From the NCBI GenBank assembly GCA_017511945.1, contig JAFWHR010000003.1:1-58824 (forward strand): DNA of 58,824 nt, given 5' to 3'. Below the pieces are notes generated by a model, which did no database searches, had not been told where the DNA came from, and saw nothing but the letters and a program-made list of their open reading frames with translations. Positions 50,138-58,824 of this stretch are shown here, one piece after another. This stretch comes from Bacilli bacterium (GTDB lineage: Bacteria > Bacillota_I > Bacilli_A > RF39 > UBA660). The position numbers were made by a program, and so were the translations under genes. The first letter of the stretch is position 1; each line of letters opens with the position of its first letter.

Positions 50138-50575
50138 ATGAGAAATCAAATTTTAGAAGATTTAAAGACTGCGATGAAACAGAGAGATAAGTTAAAACTT
50201 TCAGTAATTAGGATGGTTAAATCTGCCATTCAAATGAAAGAACTCGATTTAAAAAGAGAACTTAATGATGATGAGGTTATTGAAGTTATATCTAAGCAGA
50301 TAAAGACTAGAAATGATTCTATTAAAGAATTTGAAAAAGCATCTAGAGATGATTTGATAGAGACAACATCTAAAGAGATAGAAATACTTAAAACATATCT
50401 ACCTAAACAATTAAGCGAAGAAGAGATTAATGACATAATAGATAAAGTATTCGATGAAGTAAAACCTGAAAGTTCTAAAGACATGGGTAAAGTTATGAAA
50501 GAGATAAGCCCACTTGTAAAAGGAAAAGCTGATATGGGAATGGTCAGTTCAATTATAAAATCTAGATTAAAATAG
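50138..50575 (+). CDS. yqeY: GatB/YqeY domain protein
   Basis: DLKTAMK, YLPKQLS, KDMGKVM. Confidence 0.92.
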   Translation: MRNQILEDLKTAMKQRDKLKLSVIRMVKSAIQMKELDLKRELNDDEVIEVISKQIKTRNDSIKEFEKASRDDLIETTSKEIEILKTYLPKQLSEEEINDIIDKVFDEVKPESSKDMGKVMKEISPLVKGKADMGMVSSIIKSRLK

Positions 50576-50595
50576 AGTAGTACGGAGGGTTTGAT

Positions 50596-51507
50596 ATGGC
50601 TAAAAAGAAGGAAGAAAAAGAAGAAATACAGGAAGAAAAAGTAGAAAAGCAGGAAGAGAAAGCCAAAGAAAAAAGAGTCAGTATAATTGATTCAGTCGAG
50701 TTTAACGATTATTTAAAGGGTAAAATAGATAAAGAAGTTAAATTAGAAGTAGATAGAGAAATTAAAAAAATTGTTAGAAATAAAAATTTGATTATAATAA
50801 AAAGAGACATAATAATATTGGTGCTTTTAGTGTGCTGCTTTTTCTTAGGATACAATTTGTATAAGGTATCTGATATTAGAATAGATATTACGAAAAATGA
50901 TAAAGGTTCTAATAATAGCGAAATAAAAAAAGAGAAGACCGAAGAAGTAAAAGATGAATTAAAAGAAAAAATTTCTAAATATGGCAAATTATTAGATGAC
51001 ATTTTCATATGTGATGACAGTGCATATTTAGATGATTATTATAAAGGAAAACTTACAGATGAGTTAAAACTCTATTTAGCTTATAATCATATGGATTCTG
51101 AAAAAGTAATGGTCGATGGAAAAATTGTATATGTCAATTCTGAGGATTTAAAAAATAGTTTTGAAGATATTTTAGATGGTGAATATAAAGCAGAATCTTT
51201 TAAATGGGGATCTGACAGTTTTAAATATTTATCTAGTAAAGATTTATATTTGTATTCAGGTGATCATTTAGAAGAGAAGTGTAATATTAAAAGAGATATA
51301 ATTGATATTGATGATAGTGATAATTTGGTTATTGAAGCAGTTGAAGGTAAAATTAAAGATGGTAAGTTATACAATATTATTAGTAATACTGAAGTAAAAG
51401 ATTATAAGGATAAAAAAATAGACGAATATAAAGATTTATTAACAACTGTTTCATATCATTTTAAAAAAGATAATGATAAGTTTAAATTATTTAAAATTGA
51501 AGTATAG
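50596..51507 (+). CDS. Single-TM hypothetical protein
   Basis: Charged N-terminus, central TM, acidic ectodomain. Confidence 0.75.
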   Translation: MAKKKEEKEEIQEEKVEKQEEKAKEKRVSIIDSVEFNDYLKGKIDKEVKLEVDREIKKIVRNKNLIIIKRDIIILVLLVCCFFLGYNLYKVSDIRIDITKNDKGSNNSEIKKEKTEEVKDELKEKISKYGKLLDDIFICDDSAYLDDYYKGKLTDELKLYLAYNHMDSEKVMVDGKIVYVNSEDLKNSFEDILDGEYKAESFKWGSDSFKYLSSKDLYLYSGDHLEEKCNIKRDIIDIDDSDNLVIEAVEGKIKDGKLYNIISNTEVKDYKDKKIDEYKDLLTTVSYHFKKDNDKFKLFKIEV

Positions 51508-51535
51508 TAAAAACTCCTAGGTGATAGGAGTTTTA
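51508..51535. terminator. Bidirectional terminator
   Basis: TAAAAACTCCTA...TAGGAGTTTTA between convergent genes. Confidence 0.75.
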
Positions 51536-52285
51536 GTTATTTAACATTCTAGACATCGTCTTAGAACTTATAATTGCATCCTTACTTATAGAAGGATTTA
51601 ATCTTCTTTTTATTTTTGGTTCACTAACATATTCAGTAGAATCAGAATAGTCAATATCATCAAACGAAAAATCATTTACGGGATATTTTAATATAATTAA
51701 ACCTAATTTATTATTATCTCTCATTATTTTCATGCTATTTACATTTAAAGATTTACCATTAGATTTGATGTATAATACTTTTTTTTCAAAGGTATCAACG
51801 TTTTCCATTTCTCTGTCTATGTCTAAAAGTTCCCCTTTTTGTGATAATACGGCTATGCAACTTCGAGTTTCAGCTTTAATAAGGTTTATGAGATTGTATT
51901 TGGTTAATTTAAATTTGCTTCCACCGTAAAGTTCTGGTTTTATTAATTTACTTATTAAAATACCTTCTTTTGTCTTTTCATCTTTAAGTGCGAGTTTAAT
52001 AAATACGTGACCATCTTTAATAACGATGTATTTTTTATTAAAATCGTATAGTTGATTAATGTAATGTATTTTTCCATCTATATCTTTTTCAATATGAGAT
52101 GGAATATTATAGTAAGGAAAAGCAAATCTTCTTCTGTCATCTTTATAACTATCATGAGTTATTTCTTTTGACATGTTAAAAACTATTTTATCACTTATTA
52201 CTGTTAAATTATCTTCTCTTGTTCCTTCCATATATTGTAGACAATCATCTGCAACGTAACCTTTTTTAATTCTTTCAATATTCAT
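51533..52285 (-). CDS. Hypothetical protein
   Basis: 250-aa ORF with GGAG RBS. Confidence 0.7.
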   Translation of the reverse strand: MNIERIKKGYVADDCLQYMEGTREDNLTVISDKIVFNMSKEITHDSYKDDRRRFAFPYYNIPSHIEKDIDGKIHYINQLYDFNKKYIVIKDGHVFIKLALKDEKTKEGILISKLIKPELYGGSKFKLTKYNLINLIKAETRSCIAVLSQKGELLDIDREMENVDTFEKKVLYIKSNGKSLNVNSMKIMRDNNKLGLIILKYPVNDFSFDDIDYSDSTEYVSEPKIKRRLNPSISKDAIISSKTMSRMLNN

Positions 52286-52409
52286 TATTATTCATCTCCG
52301 TTCAGTTACGATATACTAACACGTTTTACTTTTTCTGTCAAATTAACACTTAGTGCAAAAAAATGTTTGAAAATCATATATTTATGGTATAATATTGTTG
52401 GCTTTTTTA

Positions 52410-52500
52410 AAAAAACATGGGTGTGGATTTTCATGCCTAGTGCCTAATTAGGGTGGTGTGAAAGAGGAAATGCTCAGAAGTTATAACAAAAGGAGGATGA
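52410..52500 (+). promoter_or_regulatory. Structured rpsB leader (candidate S2 autoregulatory element)
   Basis: TGnTATAAT at 52385-52393; stem TTTCATGCC/GGTGTGAAA in the 5' UTR. Confidence 0.4.
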
Positions 52501-52504
52501 AAGT

Positions 52505-53557
52505 ATGGCCGTTGTGTCAATGAATTTACTGTTAGAAACTGGTGTTCATTTTGGACATCAAACTAAGAGATGGAACCCTAAGATGAAGGAGTACATCTTT
52601 ACTGCTAGAGATGGTATATATATTATTGATTTGCAAAAAACAGCTAAAAAGATTGAAGAAGCTTATGCTGCTTTAAAGGAAATAGCTGCAAATGGTGGAA
52701 AGGTTTTATTTGTCGGAACTAGAAAACAAGCTATGGATGCTGTTAGAGATGAAGCACTTAGAAGTGAGTCATTCTACGTTAACCAAAGATGGCTTGGAGG
52801 AACACTTACAAACTTTAAAACTATTAGAAGAAGAGTTAGAAGACTTGAACAAATTGAAAAGATGGAAAAAGATGGTGTGTTTGAACTATTACCTAAAAAA
52901 GAAGTTATACACATTAAAAAGGAATACGATAAATTAAACAAATTACTTTGTGGTATTAGAGATATGTACAAACTTCCACAAGCTATGTTTATCGTAGATC
53001 CATCTAAAGAGGAAATAGCTATTAGAGAAGCTAGAAAGTTAAACATTCCCGTATTTGGTATAGTTGATACTAACTGTGATCCAGATATGGTTGATTATGT
53101 AATCCCTGGTAATGATGATGCGATTAGAGCGGTTAAATTAATTACTGGTGTAATTAACAATGCTATTGTTGAAGCTAATGGTGGAAAAGTTGTAGATTAT
53201 GTAAGTGGAGGTAAAAAAGAAGAAGGCGAAGAGATAATGAAAAAAGCCTTAGAGACTGTTAAGAAAAAAGAAGACAGAAGACCTAGATTTGAGCGTAAAA
53301 ATGGAAGATTTAATAATAGATCATCAGAAAAAGTAGAGAGAAAATTTGAAAAGAAAAAGGAAGGTTTTAAACCTAAGAAGGAAGAGAAACCTGTAGAAAA
53401 GCCAAAGAAAGAAGTTAAAACTGTTACAGAACCTAAAAAAGCCGATGTAGATTTAACTACAAAAACTGTTGCAGAACTTAAAGTTATGGCTAAGGAAAAA
53501 GGAATCAAAGGAATTTCTACTATGAAAAAAGCAGAACTTATCGATGCTTTAAAATAA
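52505..53557 (+). CDS. rpsB: 30S ribosomal protein S2 with long C-terminal extension
   Basis: [31 protein letters not shown]. Confidence 0.97.
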   Translation: MAVVSMNLLLETGVHFGHQTKRWNPKMKEYIFTARDGIYIIDLQKTAKKIEEAYAALKEIAANGGKVLFVGTRKQAMDAVRDEALRSESFYVNQRWLGGTLTNFKTIRRRVRRLEQIEKMEKDGVFELLPKKEVIHIKKEYDKLNKLLCGIRDMYKLPQAMFIVDPSKEEIAIREARKLNIPVFGIVDTNCDPDMVDYVIPGNDDAIRAVKLITGVINNAIVEANGGKVVDYVSGGKKEEGEEIMKKALETVKKKEDRRPRFERKNGRFNNRSSEKVERKFEKKKEGFKPKKEEKPVEKPKKEVKTVTEPKKADVDLTTKTVAELKVMAKEKGIKGISTMKKAELIDALK

Positions 53558-53600
53558 AGGTGACTGTGGTTACCTTTTTTAAAATAAAAGGAGGAGAAAA

Positions 53601-54470
53601 ATGATTAGTGCAAGTTTAATTAAGGAACTTAGAGAAAAGACTGGAGCTGGAATGCTTGATTGTAAGAAGGCTTTAGAAGAAAATGATGGGGATTTGAATA
53701 AGGCTACTGATTGGCTTAGAGAAAAGGGTATTTCTAAAGCTATGAAAAAAGCTGATAGAGTGGCAGCTGAAGGTGTTTCAGCTATATTAACTGAAGGCAA
53801 TGAAGCTGTTATCATTGAGATGAATAGTGAGACAGATTTTGTCGCTAAAAATGATAAGTTTTTAGATTTGGTCGATACTATTTTAAAGACTTTAATTAAA
53901 ACTGATGTTAAATCTTTAGATGAAGCTTTAGAAGTTTCTACTGATAAAGGAACTATTAATGATTTAATAGTATCTAATACAGCAACTATTGGTGAGAAGT
54001 TAAGCCTAAGAAGGTTTGCTAGAGTAACTAAGAGTGATTCTGATTCATTTGGTCAGTACATACATATGGGTGGAAAAATTGGTGTGTTAATTGTAACTGA
54101 AGGTACTAATGAGGAGTGTGCTAGAGAAATAGCTATGCATGCAGCAGCAATGAGACCTAAATATGTAAGAATTTCTGACGTTCCAAAAGATGAAGAAGAA
54201 AGAGAGAGAAAAGTTTTAACTGAGCAGGCTATGAATGAGGGTAAACCTGAAGAAATAGCTAAAAAGATGGTTGAAGGAAGAATTAAGAAATTTTATAAAG
54301 AAATATGTTTGGAAGAGCAACCTTTTGTCAAAGATGGAGATATAACTGTAAAGGCTTTTGCTTCAAATAATGGTGGAAGTATTAAGGAAATGTACAGATT
54401 CGAAGTTGGAGAGGGAATCGAGAAAAAAGAAGAAAATTTTGCTGAAGAAGTTGCTAAACAGATGAAATAA
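53601..54470 (+). CDS. tsf: Elongation factor Ts
   Basis: LREKTGAGMLDCKKAL, NSETDFVA, RFEVGEG. Confidence 0.97.
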   Translation: MISASLIKELREKTGAGMLDCKKALEENDGDLNKATDWLREKGISKAMKKADRVAAEGVSAILTEGNEAVIIEMNSETDFVAKNDKFLDLVDTILKTLIKTDVKSLDEALEVSTDKGTINDLIVSNTATIGEKLSLRRFARVTKSDSDSFGQYIHMGGKIGVLIVTEGTNEECAREIAMHAAAMRPKYVRISDVPKDEEERERKVLTEQAMNEGKPEEIAKKMVEGRIKKFYKEICLEEQPFVKDGDITVKAFASNNGGSIKEMYRFEVGEGIEKKEENFAEEVAKQMK

Positions 54471-54510
54471 AGTATCTATCAAAGATGCTTTTTTTCATAT
54501 ATTATTTTGG

Positions 54511-55071
54511 GTGATTATTATTGATATTTTAATTGTCGACAGTTTACTTAAAAAAATGTATGTGTTTTCTAAAGGTGAGATTGTAAAGTGTTTTGACGTA
54601 ATAATTGGTAAAGAAGGAGTATGTGAATACTATTTGAAAAAAGAAGGTGATATGAAAACTCCACTTGGTCTATATAACTTAGGTGTATGTTTTGGGAAGA
54701 AGTCTATATCTAATAGTTATCCATTTGTTTTAATTGATGAAAATACTTATTTTGTAGATGATGTAAATAGTAAGTATTATAACTGTTTTGTTCAGATTGA
54801 TAAAAAGGTAGAGACATATGGCAAATCTTATATACATTTTACTGATAAAAAAGAGTTTAATTCAGCTGAGCACATGATAGATTATGATGAATATGAGTGT
54901 GGGATATTTGTAGAATATAATGTTAATCCTACTATAAAGTCAAAAGGCTCTGCAATATTTATACATATTAAAGGCAATAGTTATACTTTAGGATGTATTG
55001 GAGTATCTAAATGTGATATGGAATATTTGATCGATAACATTTCTTTAAAAACTAAAATATTAATAATTTAA
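54511..55071 (+). CDS. L,D-transpeptidase (YkuD) family protein
   Basis: KKEGDMKTPLG, GSAIFIH...TLGCI. Confidence 0.85.
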   Translation: MIIIDILIVDSLLKKMYVFSKGEIVKCFDVIIGKEGVCEYYLKKEGDMKTPLGLYNLGVCFGKKSISNSYPFVLIDENTYFVDDVNSKYYNCFVQIDKKVETYGKSYIHFTDKKEFNSAEHMIDYDEYECGIFVEYNVNPTIKSKGSAIFIHIKGNSYTLGCIGVSKCDMEYLIDNISLKTKILII

Positions 55072-55119
55072 GAGGTTTAAAATAATTATTTATTCATATA
55101 TTATTAATAGGTGATTGAT

Positions 55120-55569
55120 TTGAAATGGAAAAGACTTATAATTAGTATAATCATACCAATTGTAATTGGATTTTTAGGAAGTTTAATCGGTAATGTTCAA
55201 AATGGATTTGACGGAATTTCCAAACCTTCTTTTACTCCTCCTATGATAGTATTTCCAATTGTTTGGATTGTACTATACGTTTTGATGGGAATATCTAGTT
55301 ATCTTGTGTATGAGAATGGAGATGATGAAGGAGCATTATTAATTTATGGCATTCAGTTAATAATTAACTCTCTTTGGACATTTTTCTTCTTTAATTTAAA
55401 ATGGTTTTTATTTTCGTTCATTTTAGTTTTAGTGATACTAGGTTTAGTAATAGTCATGACTATTAAGTTTTATAAAGTAAATAAAATAGCTGGATATCTT
55501 CAAATACCTTATATTATATGGCTTATATTTGCAGCTATTTTGAGTCTAAATGTGTATTTTTTAAATTAG
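55120..55569 (+). CDS. tspO: TspO/MBR family protein
   Basis: KPSFTPP..FPIVW..LY.LMG, PY..W..FA. Confidence 0.9.
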   Translation: MKWKRLIISIIIPIVIGFLGSLIGNVQNGFDGISKPSFTPPMIVFPIVWIVLYVLMGISSYLVYENGDDEGALLIYGIQLIINSLWTFFFFNLKWFLFSFILVLVILGLVIVMTIKFYKVNKIAGYLQIPYIIWLIFAAILSLNVYFLN

Positions 55570-55688
55570 AAGTTACATCATTTATGGTGTAATTTTTAAA
55601 TGTGTTAAAAAGTGTTAAGTAGTTAAAAGAATTTTTATTAAAATGTTTAAAAATGTGTTATAGTATTATTGATAAGAGTATTTAGGAG

Positions 55689-57866
55689 ATGATGAAGATG
55701 GACAATAGGATGATTGAGGCGAAGTATTATTCAGCTAATAGAGCGTACGATGAGATTTTTTACTATAGTGATATGTTAAAAAAGGTAGATGGTTTTGAAG
55801 AAAAAGATGGTTATTCTACTGATTTAAAAGAGATAAAAGAAGATTTAAAAAGAGATATGAAAGTTTTGTATGATTATAATCATGAGCTTTTAGATGCTTA
55901 TGTTAATCAAAAACCATTTTTCTATTATCTACATGATGAAGATGAGTATGCAAATCCTGAAGATGATAATTATGATGAATGTTATTTTGATCTTTCTGAT
56001 CAACTTTATGAAGCAATAAACGAATCTAGAGATCTACTTGATAATTATTTTAAAGATGATGTAAAAAAAGATAATTTAGAAGATGAAGTTTCTAACATTG
56101 TAAACAGTATTCATGATAATTCATTAGAAGTTTCTGATGATGATGTGGATAACGTCATGAGTGAGGTTAATAACAGTTCAGAAGAACTTGACTCAAAAAT
56201 TGAAGAAATAAGAGAGTTATATTCAAATATAGGTAAAATACTTGATAATTCTTCTCTATCTGAGATAGATAAATCTATAAAATATATAAATGATGTTTGT
56301 GAAAAAATTAATTCTTTTAAAGATGAACTTGATAATAATTATTCTAAATTAAAAGCACTTATTACCGTTTCAAATGGTGATGATATTTCTAATTTGTCGG
56401 TTAATGTCATTTATTCTAATGACTCTTCATATTCTTTAGAGTATGAAACTCAAAAAAGAAATTATGATTATGTATTAAATTATTATAAAGAATATAGAGA
56501 AAAATTAGAAAATAAAAGAAAATATCTTCTTGAAAAAGAAAATAATGAGGTGTCAAAAGATGATTCATCTAAGGATAATGCACTTACAAAACATGATTTA
56601 ACTGTTCAGAATGTTATTAACGCATGTTTAAGTAAGGAATCTTTAACTAAATTATTTGAAGAAAATGGTGTATCTAATGTATGGATTTTTATTAGAGAAT
56701 CTTTGGATAAAAATGAGTTGAAAATGACAGACTTTGTTAATTTATCTAACAGTTTTGATAAGTATTTTGATGCTGATGAGATAGTTAATCTCGGTTTATA
56801 TGATGATGAGTATAAAAAGACTATTTCAAAGTATCCTCTTCCAGAACCTGATGTTAAGAGAGTTTTTAGAACTGCTAAATATGGGATTAAAGGGCCTTTA
56901 GAGGGTATTGTAAAACTATTTGGTGGATATGAAAACTTTTGGTATAGTGTTAAAAATGATTTGGAAGATGGGGCTATATCTAAAGAAAGTGTTGCTTCTT
57001 TTGTAGAAGATTTAAAAGTTATATATAGTGAAGAAGAGTTAAAGAATATTCTTAAAGGTGGATATAACGATATATTTAATGAAGTAAAAACTGAAATTAT
57101 TAATGAAGATCCTAAGAAAGATGATGGAGTTCAATTTGACGTTTTACAAGAAGACCCTATGAAGGATAAAAAAGATGCTAAAAAGAAAAAGGGATTTTTT
57201 GAGAAACTTAAAGATTCTATAACAAATACTTTTGGTGGGGAAAAACCTAACGGAAGGGTGATAAAAAGAATTAAACTTAAATCTGACCAAATTAAGAAAA
57301 TTAAGGATAGTATAAGTAAAAAGGATATATTTACAGTTGCTCTTACAAGTTTAGGTATGATTACTGCTGGAGGTTTAGTTCATGCGGCTAATGTAAGTAG
57401 CATGAGTTCTAATTTGAACAATGATGAAAATGTATCTAAAATGCTTGATGATTTAAAAGATGATAAAGTTAAACCAGAAATAAGCATTAATAACGATGAG
57501 TCAATAGATGTATCTAATAAAAATGATGAGGAGATTAAGCCAGAAATTACTGATAAAATAGATGGGGTTAATAGTAAAAAAGTATATATATCTTCTTCAG
57601 ATGCCGTTAATGGAGAGAATGCGATAGAGCCTTCTGATGATTTTGTCTATTATAAAGTTGCCGCATTTGATACAGAAACTGGTGAGTGGATACTTCTTAC
57701 TGAAGATCAGTTAAATGATGAAAACTACATGAGAAAAGAAAATGAAAAACATGGTGGAAGACTTGCTATGCTGTTAGGTGATGATTATGGGAATGTTAAA
57801 GATAATATTGAGAATGCAGATGGATGGGTTCCCGCACCTAAGGATGAAGGGGGTAGAAGTAGATGA
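55689..57866 (+). CDS. Large acidic coiled-coil hypothetical protein with one hydrophobic segment
   Basis: 725-aa ORF, AGGAG RBS. Confidence 0.8.
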   Translation: MMKMDNRMIEAKYYSANRAYDEIFYYSDMLKKVDGFEEKDGYSTDLKEIKEDLKRDMKVLYDYNHELLDAYVNQKPFFYYLHDEDEYANPEDDNYDECYFDLSDQLYEAINESRDLLDNYFKDDVKKDNLEDEVSNIVNSIHDNSLEVSDDDVDNVMSEVNNSSEELDSKIEEIRELYSNIGKILDNSSLSEIDKSIKYINDVCEKINSFKDELDNNYSKLKALITVSNGDDISNLSVNVIYSNDSSYSLEYETQKRNYDYVLNYYKEYREKLENKRKYLLEKENNEVSKDDSSKDNALTKHDLTVQNVINACLSKESLTKLFEENGVSNVWIFIRESLDKNELKMTDFVNLSNSFDKYFDADEIVNLGLYDDEYKKTISKYPLPEPDVKRVFRTAKYGIKGPLEGIVKLFGGYENFWYSVKNDLEDGAISKESVASFVEDLKVIYSEEELKNILKGGYNDIFNEVKTEIINEDPKKDDGVQFDVLQEDPMKDKKDAKKKKGFFEKLKDSITNTFGGEKPNGRVIKRIKLKSDQIKKIKDSISKKDIFTVALTSLGMITAGGLVHAANVSSMSSNLNNDENVSKMLDDLKDDKVKPEISINNDESIDVSNKNDEEIKPEITDKIDGVNSKKVYISSSDAVNGENAIEPSDDFVYYKVAAFDTETGEWILLTEDQLNDENYMRKENEKHGGRLAMLLGDDYGNVKDNIENADGWVPAPKDEGGRSR

Positions 57867-58150
57867 GTGGACTTAATAATATAGTTAGTTTTGATGAGAA
57901 TGATAGATGGTTTGTTTTATATACTGGTATGGTAGATAAAAATGATTACAGTTATCTAGTTAAACTAGATGGTGAAGATCCAACTGATGAGTATAAACTT
58001 TTTAAAAGTGAGTATTCTTTAGGTGATGAATATATGGATGAAGTGTTAGATAACGATGAGAAAAAGAAAGTACTTTCATCTTTAATACCTGAGATAAAGG
58101 AGTATATCGATAATCCTGATAAAATTAAAGAATTAGTAGAAACGTCTTAA
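57863..58150 (+). CDS. Small acidic hypothetical protein (possibly DUF1292-like)
   Basis: ATGA overlap with upstream gene; terminator follows. Confidence 0.65.
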   Translation: MSGLNNIVSFDENDRWFVLYTGMVDKNDYSYLVKLDGEDPTDEYKLFKSEYSLGDEYMDEVLDNDEKKKVLSSLIPEIKEYIDNPDKIKELVETS

Positions 58151-58230
58151 TAAAGGCGTTTCTTTATGTTTTAGATGGGAAAATGACTTTTTTGAAATTT
58201 CAATTTTTTTAAAACTTTTTTCTTAAATAA

Positions 58231-58270
58231 AAAGGAAATAGGACCTTCTACACCGAATGTTATATATAGA
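58231..58270 (+). promoter_or_regulatory. SigH/ComX-like promoter (second copy)
   Basis: AAAGGAAAT-N14-CGAATGTTATATATAGA. Confidence 0.65.
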
Positions 58271-58308
58271 AGGGAAAATATTGTTTTCTAAAAAAAGGAG
58301 GTTTTAAA

Positions 58309-58824
58309 ATGTTAAATGAGAAAATGTATACTAAGTATTTAAAAATGGATGAGTACTTAGAAAAAGAAGGTAAAATAATGTATCCACTGATATATGATAA
58401 AGTTGCTTGTTCTTTCTTTAAGAAGTGCCCTAAATATTTGAGAAAGTTTTTAAATAAAGAAGTAGGAAAATATTTTGAAATTGACTTTGAAGATGAGGGT
58501 AATAAATTATTCTTTAGTGATACTAAAATACCTGTAAGAAATAAATATTTCCATCAGAATAAATTAGATTTCGTATTATATGTTAAAACTGAGAACTGCA
58601 TTTTAAATATCGAGTTTAATACTGAAGAGTATTCATATGTAAGTGCGAGAAACTATTACTATGGACTAAATCTTATTGTCTCTACATTTAGAGAGAGTGA
58701 TAAATATAGTGATATTAAAAACAGAAAGGTCATTCAATTAAATATAAATGGAAATAAAAAAGATAATAAACAGCCAGAAATAGTAGAAGATGTTTTTAAT
58801 TTAAATATTTTGCCAAAAAAACTT
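58309..58824 (+). CDS. Rpn/PD-(D/E)XK nuclease family protein, 3'-truncated by window end (not in ORF track)
   Basis: AAGGAGG RBS; open frame MLNEK..PLIYD..KLDFVL..ILNIEFN..RNYYY..Y.DI..KVIQLNI, typical of PDDEXK_2. Confidence 0.7.
   Translation, partial: MLNEKMYTKYLKMDEYLEKEGKIMYPLIYDKVACSFFKKCPKYLRKFLNKEVGKYFEIDFEDEGNKLFFSDTKIPVRNKYFHQNKLDFVLYVKTENCILNIEFNTEEYSYVSARNYYYGLNLIVSTFRESDKYSDIKNRKVIQLNINGNKKDNKQPEIVEDVFNLNILPKKL

Noticed and set aside
1449-53815. Numerous short antisense or nested ORFs in the track (e.g. 1806-2078, 9285-9596, 17545-17916, 34543-34986, 53197-53508)
   Set aside because: Shadow frames of well-supported genes with Ser/Phe/Leu-biased composition
1-58824. Genetic code 4 recoding as in mycoplasmas
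   Set aside because: Conserved Trp residues use TGG, and TGA ends genes cleanly (e.g. 14073, 24759, 48906)

Overview
Low-GC, AT-rich chromosomal segment of a reduced-genome Bacilli. It uses genetic code 11 (TGA = stop); the gene content and protein style resemble uncultured gut RF39-like lineages, which is an inference. The backbone is housekeeping: miaA, dinB, tex, uppP, T-box-controlled argS, clpP, gap, trpS, a phosphomannomutase, tRNA-Thr(GGU), a U32 hydroxylase, ltaS-like, rsmD, rpsU, yqeY, rpsB-tsf, plus spore-associated genes (ylbD, ylbE, pdaA-like, yhfW-like, LysM amidase). Five accessory modules stand out. (1) Three tandem TasA/CalY-like SipW-signal proteins, a SipW fused to a polytopic membrane domain, and a DUF5305-like protein: a candidate new fibre/pilus system. 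(2) An islet just after tRNA-Thr with an ASCH protein, a class I aaRS-like enzyme lacking an anticodon domain, and a downstream multi-hairpin element containing an ACCA-ended minihelix-like stem. (3) A C39 transporter with two double-glycine peptides, one missed by the ORF track; its SigH/ComX-like promoter is repeated almost exactly in front of an Rpn-like nuclease. (4) A 790-aa protein with a 21-aa LRR array with hypervariable positions. (5) A mobile-element scar at the GHGG codons of an amidase. All calls come from motif recognition by eye; no database searches were run.
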